A stretch of DNA of 64,000 bases from Octopus sinensis (Eukaryota), in assembly GCF_006345805.1 (NCBI RefSeq), contig NC_042999.1, positions 106,206,001 to 106,270,000 on the forward strand, read 5' to 3'. The notes under the pieces are model-generated. The model was not told where the DNA came from. It did not search any database and saw only the letters and a list, made by a program, of their open reading frames with translations. Positions 27,501 to 42,060 of the stretch are shown one piece after another. Both the position numbers and the translations under genes were made by a program. Position 1 is the first letter of the stretch, and every line of letters begins with the position of its first letter.

Positions 27501-28316
27501 TGTATACAGATTTGTGTGATTGTGAGCAGTATATAATTATCTAAATAATCAAATGATATGGAAACCCTTTCAATCAGTTCTGGATAACGTGATGAAATTA
27601 CAATACCATGCAGCATGTCAGATTAATTTCTCATACACAGCTATATATCATACAACATTTCAGAACCAAGTAATATACAAATGACAAACATTCCCTAAAT
27701 ATAATCAATTTTAATGAAATTTTACTAAATCTTTTAAATAGACATTTAAATATTGTAAAAATAATTCCCTACAAATTGAAATTATTTGAATGTAAATTCA
27801 ATAAAGTCATATGTATATGTCTAAAAATATATGTTGCAATTTATATAGAAAGCATGTAATTAAGATATATGTCGCTTCATGAATAGAAACGGATATAAGC
27901 ATATAAGATTATTTTGTATGTGTATATGTAGCGTTTGTTTATTTGTCGTTTATTTCTTTGCACAGAAACACGAGTGTTCAATACTATTTTATGTTATTAA
28001 CGTGCATTAACTATTGTGTGTGTATGTTTGGGTGTGTATGTGCGTGTGTGTGTGTGTGTGTGTGTATGTGTGTGTGTGTGTGTGTGTTCAAATTTGAGTT
28101 ATCTACGTATTTCTAAACAACGATTTCATCCAATCGTTCCTGAGTCCTGAAAATTTCGTTCCCAGCTTTTGCAAGGAACGGGTGTGACATTGGTGTCAAC
28201 TGTCATTTATCGAACATATATTTACAAGATTCTTGCATTCACTCATCTCATTATTAGTTTGTCACACACACACACACATACACATACACACACACACGCG
28301 CACGTACGCACGCACG

Positions 28317-28347
<31 letters not shown>

Positions 28348-28619
28348 ACACACACACTCATATATATATATATGTGTGTGTGTGTATGTATATTTTTGGA
28401 TGAATGATATTTGTAGAATGTTGCAATTTATATAACAAAAATTCCAGGAAGTGCTCAGATTAATATGAATAGAATGCACGAAAATATATTCAGTCCCTTG
28501 AAACGGATTTAGCCATCATCTCTCTGTGTCTACATCCCATAACTCCCAAAGATAAGTGAATGGATTATTCCAAAGAAGGCAGATCTGTTTTATTGTACCA
28601 AATAATAACATTCTATCGT

Positions 28620-29500
28620 ATACGGCCCATAGCTGATGGAGACAGCCTATAGCAACAGCCTTCCATAAACAATTTAATGCCTCCCATCCTCAATGACTAC
28701 CAGTACGATCTTCGCATAATCAACTATCCTTTCTTACGAAGATCGAACATGTTCTAAAGATGTTCGGTGTATGTTATTGTTGCACTTGACATCATCAAAT
28801 AAATAAGCAGAGCCTGTCTTATGAATCTCATGAAAAAATTTATTCATTTATTGGTTCTAGGTGTCTCTTGTTCCTCGGAAAGGATTTTTTGTCTGTTTTT
28901 TTTTTCTGTCTCAAACTGGATCTCAATGCACTGTGACTGACACACTCAAATCTAGGGTCCTAAATAAAATTTTCTCCCGTCCGTTATCTTGCCTCTAAGT
29001 TGTAAATAAGCTTGTTATCAGATACCACAACGCTCACATTTACACAAATGATACCACATCTCCTCCGCATCAAGGTTTTGCAATCTACGTTTTTGCTCCG
29101 AACCTGCACAAAATGTATAAAGTAACCCCTAAATATCCTCTGCTCGTAGCATGGCAATCTTGCACATTCAACCTATCAACAACAGTGTCAAAAGCATAAT
29201 CATTCGTATCGAGACTGGAGAATGCTTTAGTCCATACAGTCAACTCTCAGATGAGAGCCGCCAATGAGTACTGCTTCTACACCTGTGACAGAGTTGCTTC
29301 TACACATAAAGATTTCTTAGACCCTCACCGACTACTATTCACTGGACGAATTAGCATAACTCTGCTCAGCAACACATTCCAGATTCTTGCTGGCAGGCAT
29401 TGCATCTCATCTTTCATTCTACCTTATTGCTATTACAGTGGTCCCTGGTCCTTGCTGTAGAACATCCTCGTATCACATCCTCCCTGGCTTTCCTGATTCA
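28620..29500 (+). mobile_element. Very decayed CR1/Jockey-like LINE RT C-terminal half
   Basis: Patchy similarity only: VALDI.K, SDTTTL near the expected YADD position, and C-terminal HCISSFILPYCYYSG (cf. HRRxVxSLCLFYRYYxG). Confidence 0.45.
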
Positions 29501-31283
29501 TTCGTCTTTCTGTTTTTCGATATTTTTATTGCTCTACCTCCAGGTCCTCACTAAAAACTTATCTAGTTCTTATTCAGTGGAACGCTGGTCGTCTTGAAAT
29601 CTGCCAAGTTCATGTTTGTCTTCGAATCGTCTCTTGGTAACTATTGAAGAGGGATGTTTATACTGCTAGTCAAGACGATCTCTGAAAACTTTCAAAAGCA
29701 ATTGACACATCTTCATTCAAACAAATTTAATATATGACAGGCGGTTGTTGTGTCACTTGCAACACATATTTCACGGAAACAAATGTAACATTTCCTGGTA
29801 ATTCAGATTTTAATTACATGTGTGCATTTCATATTTATATCAAAGTAAATAGATCAATGTCCTTTTTACAGATGTCTAATCAAGGGTTGAATTGTAGGTT
29901 CATGTTATATTGTTTGGATAAAAAAATAACGAAGAATCTAAATGAACTGAAGGTGAGAAGTTAAACATCACAATATAGATTTAAATCGATATTATTTACA
30001 TTATTTTCTTTTTCTTTAGCAGTTTCAGAGTGAAAAACAATAAACTTCCAAAAACAATCACCACCGCCGATTTGGAACCTCGTTTGTTTAATGTTCATGT
30101 CTTCCAGGAACTCTAATCGGATCTTTAGCACTGATTTATACTGTTCATTTATGAATTTTAGTTCGGTATTGAAGATGTTTATGCCATTTTGTCCAACAAA
30201 AAACTGCCGCATAATACACTTCATGCAAGGCTACGGAATCGAAATTGTTTTAGGTAGAGACAATGTAACAACATTTGTGGTGTTTGTATTAGTTGAACTG
30301 GCGATGAGGATAAATACACGTAGAGTATTACTTAGAAAAAGAAACAATATGATATGATATGTGGCTAAGCAAGAGGTAATCCATGATTTTCAAAGTAATA
30401 TTAGTAGTATATGAATAGAAGTTTCCATACAATTTCTTCCCAACAGATTGTATCCGGAAATGAAACTCTGAAATAGTTAAGCAGCGGAAATGAAGCTCTA
30501 AAACACACTCATGCACACACATGCACACACAGTCACAATGACTAGCCACACACAGAAATATAGATGTGTGTGTGTGTGTGTGTGCATGCAAAGCCATAGT
30601 GAACACAAACATAAAATATGATTACAGATGTAAATGACACTGTTTACACGCGACACACTTTTTATGAACAAAGTGTTTCCCGAAATCTATATGCCACAGA
30701 AACCATAAAATGTAAATAAATGTGTATTTTTCATTGCTGTATGAAATTCTATAAAAGCATAGAAATATCAGCATTATAATTGAAAGAGTTAGGTATAATG
30801 TAAATTTTAATCTTTCCAGTTGTTCATGTCTTATAGTAGAGATGTCAATGTCAGAAAGATAAACTTATACACGCGATCTAAAAATCTTGACTTTGGATCT
30901 TTGAAATTCAAAATTCTTTCAACTTTAATTCGCTTCTTGATTTCTTGCAGATATTTACCAATGAATTCTAGAAACATGGATAATGGATGTATGAATGAAG
31001 CTAGGTCAGTTAATCTTACGTCTAACATGTCCATCTAGATCAATATTTTCAACAGAATCTAATTACCAATAAGGGTAATTTGTTGTATTGAACAGTCCAT
31101 ATATGTTCATTGAGTGTCGAGTTGGGAACATATGAACAACGGCGAAAAGACATGAAGTAAATCATTCAACGATAGAGATAATGGTTTGGAAATAATTTTT
31201 AATATGAGGGGGATAAAAAAAGAGGTAGGTAGACAGATAGATAGATAGACAGAGAGGCAGACTGGCAGACTGGCAGACAGGCA

Positions 31284-31337
<54 letters not shown>

Positions 31338-31425
31338 TATTATGTAAGTGGTAGATGAAGTATGTAAGTCGGTAGGTAGCAGGCAAGTTGATAAGTATAA
31401 GAAGATAGATACATACATAACTGGG

Positions 31426-31461
<36 letters not shown>

Positions 31462-31670
31462 TCATTCACATTCTGAGGATGCAATTTCCCCGTCAGGGAT
31501 TGTTATTTACCAGTCAGATGTCAACTGGCTTTAGCAAATGTATCTGTTCATCCGGTTCCTTTTATACTTACTCTTATTGGTATCTCTTTCACATTTTATA
31601 CTTTTCCATTGTGGTACAAACAAATGAACCAAGTAACGCATACTATTTCTACTCCATTTTCTTTATTTAC

Positions 31671-31674
<4 letters not shown>

Positions 31675-31714
<40 letters not shown>

Positions 31715-31735
31715 TATAGAGAGAGAGAGAGAGAG

Positions 31736-31832
<97 letters not shown>

Positions 31833-31835
31833 TGC
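31675..31835. repeat. (TA)n/(GA)n/(GATA)n microsatellite
   Basis: Directly visible. Confidence 0.95.
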
Positions 31836-32319
31836 ATGTATTTGTGTATTTATGAATCTATGTATGAAGGAATAATGTTCCAGAAATTAAATAGGACTGG
31901 AAATGTATTGTAAAACGTAACAAATAGAAGGTTGGTGGCATCAATAATTTAGATTTGAATTTTAATCCTTTGTTTTGCAAGTATTTCGAAATTCAGTTTG
32001 GTAAAATCTGCATTAGATATATTTCAAACATTCAGATGAAACAGTAGCAACGTCAGGAATAAGAATATTCATAGCAAGAATTAAGGTAGGAGGCCAGAAA
32101 ATTATTCTGATAGCGTTAGTCGATATCTTAACTGTTATGTTATTTAATCACACACTGAAGGACGAAAGGCAATAATGATCTCTTTGTGAATAAAACTCGA
32201 AATGACTCAGACGAAATCCAGCAACATATTTTTCCAATGCTTTAAATACGCAACGAACTCGCCGCGCTAGTATTATTGATAGTGATGATAATGATGATGA
32301 TGAGAAGGTGGAGTAGGAG

Positions 32320-32800
32320 GAGGAAGCGGAGGAAGAGAAGGAGGAGCGGGAGGAGAAAGGAGAAAGAGAAGAAGAAGAAGAAGAAGAAGAAGAAAAAGAA
32401 AAAGAAGAAGAAGGAGGAGAAGAAGAAGAAGAAGAAGAAGAAAAAGTAGAAGAAGAAGAAGAAGAAGAAGAAGAAGAAGAAGAAGAAGAAGAAGAAAAAA
32501 TATGTAGACACCTGCCATCGTCGAGATGGAGGAAGTGAAGGAGGAGCGAGAGGAGAAAGGAGAAAGAGAGAAGAAGAAGAAGAAGAAGAAGAAGAAGAAA
32601 AAATATGTAGACACCTGCCATCGTCGAGATGGAGGAAGTGAAGGAGGAGCGAGAGGAGAAAGGAGAAAGAGAAGAAGAAGAAGAAGAAAAGGAGAAGAAG
32701 AAGAAGAAGAAGAAGAAGAAAAGAAGAAGAAGAGAAGAAGAAGAAGAAGAGAAGAAGAAGAAGAAGAAATATGTAGACACCTGCCATCGTCGAGATGAAA
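32320..32800. repeat. Composite minisatellite: GA-rich block + (GAA)n + identical 31-bp core, three units
   Basis: aaatatgtagacacctgccatcgtcgagatg at ~32498, ~32601 and ~32767. Confidence 0.95.
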
Positions 32801-34645
32801 GTGTTTGGCGCCAACGGGTTATAAACACGTCTTATATTGAGCGGAATCGTTTCATCGGGATCGATAGTTTCTTTTAAAATCGTCTGTTTATGAGGATATT
32901 TGTGGTTATGCAGCCTACGTTCTAAAAGATTTGCTTTTCTCAGTTAGACGCAAGCCCAATGCAAATTATAAAAAATTATGCGTAAAGAGAATGAAGTGAA
33001 ACTGAAAATAATGAATCCCTGCTTGGTAGTATTAACACAAAGCGTCGATTGTCATCTAAAATCGACTTGAAATGCGTTTATTTTAGAATGGTTCTCTCTC
33101 GAGAGTCTAACAGACTGAGAAAGAATTCCAGTGAGAGGAATAACACAGATAATTCACGGAGAGTGCTGAAAGGGAGGGATATTTGATGTAACAGAAGAAA
33201 GCGTTTATAACCAAGTGAGGCCTATTTCGAAAAAGGAGTTATTGGTTGAATTAGAACATAAAGGAGTATAATAAAATGTATGGCTGATGATATGCCGTAG
33301 ATAATTGACGATATGAAGAAGTGTTCATCATATTCAGTAAATGAGATTGGCCCGTGGGATCAAAGATAAAGCGGCTAGATGAAACAATATGAAAAATCAA
33401 ATTATTAGGGCTTATAGAATTTGTAACGTTACACATTAATGTTTTACAAGAAACACTAAAATCACTTGAACAATATAGGAATTTACAGTGAACTCGTGAA
33501 GATATACAACTGTGCCTGTCACTGACTACATATGAAGATGAATTTTTTAAAAAAATTATTGATAAACCTCTAGGATAAACGGCTGCAGTAAATAATTTAC
33601 CACTGTAAAAAAGACTATCCTCATTATTGACCAAAATGGATCCTAAGACTTGAATTGGAAATATCCAAAATTTATCGTAAGATTGAAGTAGAAATATCAG
33701 ACATTGAGTAATAATTCTTCATTAAGAAGTAATTTATTCTTGAATGAATATAGAAATAGCAAATAGAGTACAATATAGAGGTAGGATGCCTACAATACGC
33801 ATTTATGAAACGTTGGTTAGGAGACAATATCGTAGAATCATGTACTGGAAATATCACTCAGTCTGGCTGTATAATTTTAATGACTAGAACAATGGCCTAC
33901 ATATGCACAGAGGATATAACTAGCTATCACCTTTGCTAATCGCAGACACCTCCTTAACTGACATGAAAACATTTTGTGTCTGATAGATTGCAAAAGCCAA
34001 GGCAGTCGGCAATTTCCGTGAAATATTGCATCTTCTCACTTATTCAGAAATTATTAACTGGAATGGTTACTGTAAAATAGATATACCCTACATGAGAAAT
34101 TTCATTTCCCACTCGAACAGCAAAAAGTTTTAAGTTCAAGCAAGAGAGATGTAAATCAAAGGTTGATTACCAAACGTTCTGAAAGATTGCAGGACACACA
34201 TCAATATATCGATTACATTGAAAGCCTATAGGTATGCGTACGATATAGTACCCCTTTCTTGGAAAGTGTAATGTATAAATCAATGTGGTTTAAACTATCA
34301 CATAAGAATTCATAAGAAGTATATCTAAATATGAAAGAATCATTTCACAACAGCAATAATAGTTTAATAAAAGAAGTGACCCAGAATTCGATAATATATT
34401 ATTCTTATTAGCCGCTATTGTGAACTATACAGATTACATTGATAATGTAAAAAGTAGTGGGTAAAATGGAGCAAGAAATATTTTAAATGATCGGTGTTTT
34501 GAAAATGAACTGAATGAATATTGGTGGACCATTCCTATAAATATTTGTACCAAGTTCAGGCATAAGAGGCAGATGTAAATTCTTGGTACAGGTAGTAAAA
34601 TCATAGAGACTGTAGCGTACACTTGAGGGAAATTCCTCTCCTCTC

Positions 34646-34692
<47 letters not shown>

Positions 34693-34699
34693 CATACAA

Positions 34700-35350
34700 A
34701 CGTAGTAGATAACAGCTAGCCTTTGGCTGCACTTGGACCCTGTTGTGTCCACTACTCTGATTGGTTGGCATTGGCGCAATTTGTGTCCTGGTCTATAGTG
34801 CGCCAATATGCATCTCAAATAAGGTCACGTGTGACAGCCTGTTTTTCCACCTCAGCTGAGCCTACAACCTATAAGAATAACTAACTTTTCCTTATCTCTT
34901 GGTCTTTGGTTTCAGACTTTTAGGTTCTAGCCACTGATCACACAAGATACCGCCAGTTCTTGTGACAACACAACATCAGCCAAGTAGGTACTCATCGACT
35001 TCGTCCAACATCATTCAGTGACCTCCATCTCCGCCGCCACTATTCGTCCTAACGTCAATATCTCTCTAAGTACACAACTGAACAAGCAACTCACCCAAGT
35101 TACAACACTGTACTGTTTTTGATCTACTTCACCATGGATCAACAGCGAATATACATCTTACGAGAACTCCTGTACCAAGTGACCCAAGCAGCAGCATCGC
35201 AGCCACAACTTCACATACGACATGTTCCGCAACCGGCTCTGCATCCTCACGGCAACTTCTTGATACAGTATTTCAACTACCGTGTACAATTGACTACGAA
35301 CTGGTGTTTATCATTCTTGTGTCTATGTACTTACTCCTCAGCTCGACGGC
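34700..35350 (+). mobile_element. Possible LTR-retrotransposon remnant (LTR-like segment + gag-like start)
   Basis: GC-richer segment ending ...acaacaca|tcagccaagtagg (PBS-like position), followed by MDQQRIYILRELLYQVTQAAASQPQ. No pol motifs. Confidence 0.3.
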
Positions 35351-36719
35351 TATAGTCTCTTTCACTGTCCCTTCTTCATCGCCATCCTTGTATGTTCTTA
35401 ACGTGCATACATTCTTATGATGGCTTGTCTATTATTCTGTATATATGACGCACACACAATCGAACATGTTAACATATCAATAAATCTTCTCTTAAACATA
35501 CTACCTGGTTGTGTCTCTTATCTCCCCTCTGGCACATATATCCATTGTTCTATTTATATTTATTGTATCGACTGTGTGATGTACTAAAGACCCATTCTCA
35601 TCACCTCACTTCGCATGGACGTCACAAATCGGCAGCCCGTTCCAGCACCTTGAAACTACAAAACAATTATAATGGCAGAAGGAGACACTCGACAGGTATA
35701 TAATCCTTCAATTCCAATATAAAACTAATTGCTCTAGTGATCTGAATATCTTTTCGAAAATCAAAGAGTAAGTGAATGACTACTGACAACTATTTTGAAA
35801 ACTTCGGCTTGTATATCCGGATTATACATTCATATTTGTACCACTTCGTTTTAAGAGATGGGGTTTTCAGAGAAAGTAAACCATTAGTTAACACGTTCAT
35901 TACAAATATAATCTGTAAATGAAACAGTAAAATTATGCAGAACATTTCGTAATTTCCACACGTGACTTCGCTTTTGTTATCAGCATTACAATGATGAAGG
36001 TATCTTTGTTAGAAAGCAGTCCTCAGAGGAAAACTTCAAATAATTAAAAATGGAAAATAATCAAACTCAAATAGTGCGTGGCAATTCACACTTGAGCATT
36101 ATTGTAACCGTATGATAAGGTGAGTTTTACTGAAACAATTGTAACGAAAAAGAAAATATCTTCTTCGTAATTGTATTATATGTTACTGTTCACTGGCTTA
36201 TACCAGTGCTGCACCTGAACTTTCTGCACAAGTAAACGTTCAATTCTCTTCACAGTTTCAGTTCGAGAGTAGACTGCCAAGTGTTCGGATTGTGCACTGC
36301 GTTATGCTGCTGTGACCCACATTATATATATGCACACACAGACACACACACATACACACACACACATATAAGCATATGGATATATATATGTATATAAGCA
36401 CAAAGACACATATGTGTATAAAAATTTAAATAAGTAATCATTATCTGTAAAAATAATGATGAAGTGGCCAGTAAACATAATTCTAATAAGCAAAATATAA
36501 AATAAAAAGTCAGTGCACAATGTACCTCTTTCCTTGAAAGAGGAGTTAAAACGATCCAAAACTACGTACCTCTCACTATATGGAAACATGCACGGAGAAT
36601 ATAGCAAAAATGTTTCTCCGAAACAGCACTCCCACTTCTACAATACAATTCGTAAAATACATATAGTGAGAGAAACGTTGCTTTGAAGGGTTTTAATTTC
36701 TCTTTTAAGCAAAGGATAT

Positions 36720-36890
36720 TTCTAGGAGCATTGCGTAATGACTAAATGAACATATGACGACAAAAAACAGTCCTACATACTCTACCAACATGCTAAGGAA
36801 AAACATGGAGGCAACATGGGTCAACTTGATATCCGCATCTTATCCAAGCACCCAAAGTGCCCAACACTCATGAGTATGTCCTCATAAATT
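36720..36890 (+). mobile_element. PLE-type GIY-YIG C-terminal remnant
   Basis: YDDKKQSYILYQHAKEKHGGNMGQLDIRILSKHPKCPTL resembles the S-x-L-x-x-H...H segment of PLE endonucleases. Confidence 0.45.
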
Positions 36891-37404
36891 AAACTTTCCC
36901 AATACTAAATAGGCAATATACATAGTAGATATCATACCCCATACCCACACTTTACACAGGTAGAGTAGAATAGTTAGTGGTCTATTATGTAGATAGATGT
37001 GTGTAGGTGTGTGTGTGAGTGTGCATATATATATGTATATATACATGTATGTAAGCATATGGATATGAAAGTTAACAGATCAACATACAGACGGACAGGT
37101 ACATAGGTTATATGAAAAGACAAGCACACATACGCACGCATACAAAAATGAAGACTGAAATACATGACCATATATACACACACACTTTACTTCACACAAG
37201 GACACATATGGAGACACACGTCCACACATATCGAGATACACATCCATACATACAAACATGGTACATAGTTGCAAAATATATATACTATATTATTTTAATA
37301 TATATTATATTCATATGTGTAATATGTAGAGCGATTTAGCGAGAGCAAAATATGCAAAACATAAGTAACACAGAGTAGTGTTCGAATGAATGTGAACTTA
37401 AATT

Positions 37405-37950
37405 GGACTGGAATGTTTATAGGCTGACTATGAAGGAGTGGTGCTGGAGCTATGACATTTTGCGTATATTAATTTTAATCCCGCTTAATAACTGCATTGA
37501 TAACTTACTGTTCAAAGAAGACTTGATAAGTAACTTGCAGTGATTTCTCCTGAAAATGGACAAAATCTGGCACAATGGTGTTTATGAGTACCTGTCGTAA
37601 AAGGCTTTATCTCTCAAGGACGTTTATACTAATATGTTTCTTACATTGGTAGATGAAGCTCCAGCTTTGTCAATAGTGTAAAAGCGGGCTCTGAAGTTAG
37701 GAGTGGAATGATGACCCATGGCCTGGACGTCTACCTACCACCGAGGAAAGCTTTGATCATGTTCACCACATAGTGATGTATGACAAACGATTGACTATAA
37801 ATTAAATAGCCACTGCTTTAAACGTATCCCACAAGAGCGTTAAGAATATTCTGCACAATGAACTTGGCATGAGGAAGGATTCTGCTCGTTGGGTGTCTCT
37901 TCTTCTCATACATGATCAAAAGCGCAATAGGCTGATCACATGACTGAGAA
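37405..37950 (+). mobile_element. Degenerate mariner 5' half
   Basis: TIR remnant tttataggctgactatgaaggagtg; ATG at 37556 MDKIWHNGV...DEAPALS...PGR...HVHHIVMYDKRLTI...ILHNELGMRKDSARWV. Confidence 0.88.
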
Positions 37951-40299
37951 ATCGCATAGTTATAAAATACAAATGTAATTTAACAAGAAAAATAAAAGAT
38001 AAAAAATATTTAAGATATTCGCCGTAATAGTAATAACTAACTAGATCATGTTTGAACTTCCCACATTTTTACTGATCAGCTATCTCTTGTATTTGAACTG
38101 TGTGCTCCTAAAATGTCATAAATACGTTATGTATAGCGTCATCTAAAAACAAAACAACTATTCAGGACACAAGTGGATGAGCAGCGCATGAAAATAATGT
38201 TCACCATCTTTCAATAAAATGTATTTAATAGTATTGTATGCCGGTTACATTGCAAAAGTACGTAGTTTAGTGTTTAGTGAACTGGCCTTATTCAGTTGAT
38301 CGTTGTTACCTCTAGCCTAGAACATTACTTCCTGTTGATCCATAACCTGAAATGAAAATTAGTACAAGGCAATTGCTGATGCAGCCTTCTCTCACTCTAT
38401 CTCACATCCTGGAAGCTTTATTGAGTGATGTTGGTAAGACCGAGTGATGTTGGTAAGATTTTCTATGCTTCTGGGTCTGAAAATATAAGCAATAACAAGA
38501 AACAAGCTTGCAGATCATAGTCGCTTGCGAGAAGGCAAAGTTATTTTTTATTTCAAACCTTTCTTCATTGGTGAGTGACATCTCTAGGCAACGTTCACTG
38601 CAATGCTATTCTCTTATTTTGTCAAAGAAACATATATGTTGCTGGGAAGTATGGGGGATATTACTTATATAGTTGCCTACATCATTGCTGACACTCTAAA
38701 TATTGGATATTCTCTTTCACATTTGCCTTCTGCTGTGGCTGGCCTATATATTCTATTTTTATATTTGTTTGATAAAGAAACACAGAAAAAGTCTATAAAC
38801 GTAATTGAATTTATATTGTATAAAAAAAATTAGAGACCAAAAACACCGACGAAAATATCAAAAATGACAAAATATAAAATCAAAATTGTTTCCTGAATAT
38901 TTAAAAAATAAAGAAAACAAAATACTGTGCTGTCCAATAATATTTATTACTCGTCAGCGAAGAATTAAGCTATAGTAAAAACTATCTATGACCAATGAGA
39001 GTGCGCTACAGATCAGAAACAGATGGTCTGATTTTTAGCTGCAGTAAACTATTGCTTTGCCACAAAAATACAAAAATGAAAAAAAAATGTTAGCATCAAG
39101 TGCAGACTATGAAATAATTTTATTGAGACTATTGATCATATCATTTTTGTTTATTTGAGTATATCTACAGACATTACTGGGTAATATGCCATCACGTTAC
39201 CATGAAAGTATATGAAAATTGCATAAACAGGCATCAGAAACAATCTAGTCGCAAGTATCTGGCAGATTCCTCTGCAGACTGCCAAGAAGAATACGATTGA
39301 ACTGTCCACAAACCCAATATTCTAACGAATGATACAAAGTTCTACCGCATACAAACTTTCAAATTCACCATTTTATATATTTATATTCTAAATATTTAAA
39401 AGATATAAAATAACAGTAATAATATGAAAGGAGTGTAAACATTTCTCGTTTCAAATTATGATTAAATCCTGTCATATACTGGTATCAATAATATATCTGT
39501 TTGAGTATGTCATGATCTACAATTTCGAGTTTACCTGTGGAGGTTTTAAAATTGTATCAAAACACCCCTGTTTAGTTTTGAATGACGTAAATGATGTTTT
39601 TATAGGTGTACAAATACTTCAATATTACATATTTAAATATCCTGATAATAATGATAGCGAAAAACATGATGTAAGGCGTGTCTGCTACTTCTTTTAAATA
39701 CCATGTAGAGGTATATTATCATATCATTTAAACAATTTATTTTGTATATGAAAATATAATATAAAAGGTACGGTTTGCTTATATACATAACATAATAATC
39801 ATACACGAGCAGTAAGTAAAATTCAGTGAACATACTGGCTCTAGCCACAATCAAGCTACCACGCTCAGATTTCCTGTTTAAAATCATAGTCTAATTATTT
39901 ACAATAAAATGCACGACGGGTTCCATGAGAAACGAAACGCCCCCGTAAATGTTTACTAGACAATCATCATTAGCATTCATGTCAATGGCAGCAAATACCA
40001 AAGACAATCTATATAGATAATTCCAAGTTTCTAGAAAATTTTACCCGGTGTCATAGAAAGCGGGCGATTTCAATCACACAAGAGAACCATCACACATTAC
40101 AGCAGAGTTGGTTTTCTGAGATGTGCTTTCATCTCTTTCTACTTATCTTTCGACAAAAGTAGCTTATACCTTGCTTCGATGTCAATATATGTACATGCAC
40201 CATTCTATCTGATCCTTTGTCCCTTTTTTAGCATAAGAGATTTGACTAGCAATTCCCTGTATTTTCCATATCGTAAGGCTCTAAGTATTATATACCCTT

Positions 40300-40790
40300 G
40301 CATCATCATCATCATTGTTCGACCGTGGTCAAGACAATGGAATTTACTATGCTACGCCAGACTTCTCGGTCCATCATAGTTTATGGAGGTCCTGTTGCTG
40401 GATGCCTGTATCCCTGGAGATTACATTAGGGTAGGAGAGTGTGCGCCTTCTGGTATCGCGAGTAGATGACTTCCAGAGGAGAATATTAGAAATTGCCTCG
40501 TTTTCAACTCTACAACAATGTACATCAAACTGGACTCTTCTACCTTTCACAAGAGATGATACAAGTGATATTTTCCCATATATTTGTACTTTAGTTGGAT
40601 GGCGCTTCCACGAGAGATTTTGAGCTCTCATAAGGAGGCAAGTGTAAGTTCCATCCAACCGCCTCTCAAGCTTCTTTGATAACATCCAGGTTTCTGAGCC
40701 ATATAGTAGAATTGCTTCGACTGTGGCTTTAAAGATTTTGAGTTTGAAATCTCTACTTAGATCTTATGCATATCAGTGATTTCATCATCC
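40300..40790 (-). mobile_element. RTE/RTE-X-like LINE 3' end with (GAT)n tail
   Basis: KIFKATVEAILLYGSETWMLSKKLERRLDGTY...NLSWKRHPT...IYG...RRVQF..HC...LLW; tail catcatcatcatcat at ~40300. Confidence 0.88.
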
Positions 40791-41769
40791 ATACCCCTGC
40801 AGTAATGCTTATATATATATATATTATATATATATAATTATAAATATACTTTCTGCATATGTAACAGATGAATTGTTTAATATAATAAATGATAGGAACA
40901 TATTTATTGCGTGGCCATACTTGTCTACGAACACTATATCTAACCTAATTATTAGTGACGTAATACGCAACCCACAAGCATAAGAATGCGTCATAATTGT
41001 TATATTATAGGTTTCCAATCATCTTGTTTTTGTTTGAAAACCCTCAAACTCTTTTCAGCTACTTTACGACATAATGTATAAATCTAATTACGAGCATTTT
41101 GATTATCTAATGTTGTAATCAAAGCAACAAAAACAAATAAAGGTAATAAAGTTTAATAACATTGATGAAGATGATATGATGAAAAATAGGGAGCAGTGGG
41201 AAGAGGAGAAAAGATGATAAAGGAGAAGAGAAGAACATTGGAGAGTGTGGTAGATAAATGAGCGTGGTATTTAAATGAATGGTGATTGTTAGGAATGATA
41301 ATCAAAATAATGCTACAATTGATAATAATATTTCTGTTCGTTATCCGCATATCATGAGCTTCTTTCACGTATATTGTCCATAATACATTTATATGTAGGA
41401 CTAGAGGTATGAAATTTATATAATAGTTCAGTGTTTCTTTCTGTCAATATGCTAATATCATAAATGAATGGCTGATGTATGAAAAGCACTCTCACTAACA
41501 TACATACACATATATACGCATAATGAACCAAACAAACCAATCGTAAAAGAATATAAAATGTACGTACACATGCATGTTTCTACATATGTATCTGTGAGTG
41601 GGAAAAGAAGGGGAAAGAGAGTGTGACTGATAGTATGTATAGTATATAAGATTTATAAATACATAGTGGTGTTACAAGAGCGAAATGCAGCATATTATAA
41701 TGTATTATTTGCATAATAAATGCCCACTTGTGTATATTAATTACAACATACAGAAACACACGCACCCAT

Positions 41770-41789
41770 CATGGTTGTGTGTGTGTGTG

Positions 41790-41848
<59 letters not shown>

Positions 41849-42060
41849 GTTTGTATGCATATATATACATGTTTGTATGCATATATATACATATATACAT
41901 ACATATATATACACATATGTATGTATGACTAATATATATATATATGTATTCATAAACATTCCGTTAATGCATATGTATTTGTGCAATATACATATATATA
42001 TATATATGTACATGTTCCTAAATTTATATGTATGCATGTAAGCATATGTGCATATATGCG
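41770..42060. repeat. (TG)n/(TA)n/TACA compound microsatellite
   Basis: Directly visible. Confidence 0.95.

Noticed and set aside
28015-28358. (TG)n and (CA)n tracts facing each other as a hairpin
   Set aside because: Such tracts are so dense here that pairing is expected by chance, and the unique flanks are not inverted.
32498-32797. Three identical 31-bp cores as a CRISPR array
   Set aside because: The spacers are GAA microsatellite, the context is eukaryotic, and there are no cas genes.
33050-33900. Purine-rich stretch that looks like decayed coding sequence (e.g. HHIQ*MRLARGIK)
   Set aside because: Stops in all frames and no motif I can assign to a family.
38440-38475. 19-bp tandem duplication gagtgatgttggtaagacc
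   Set aside because: Ordinary slippage duplication.
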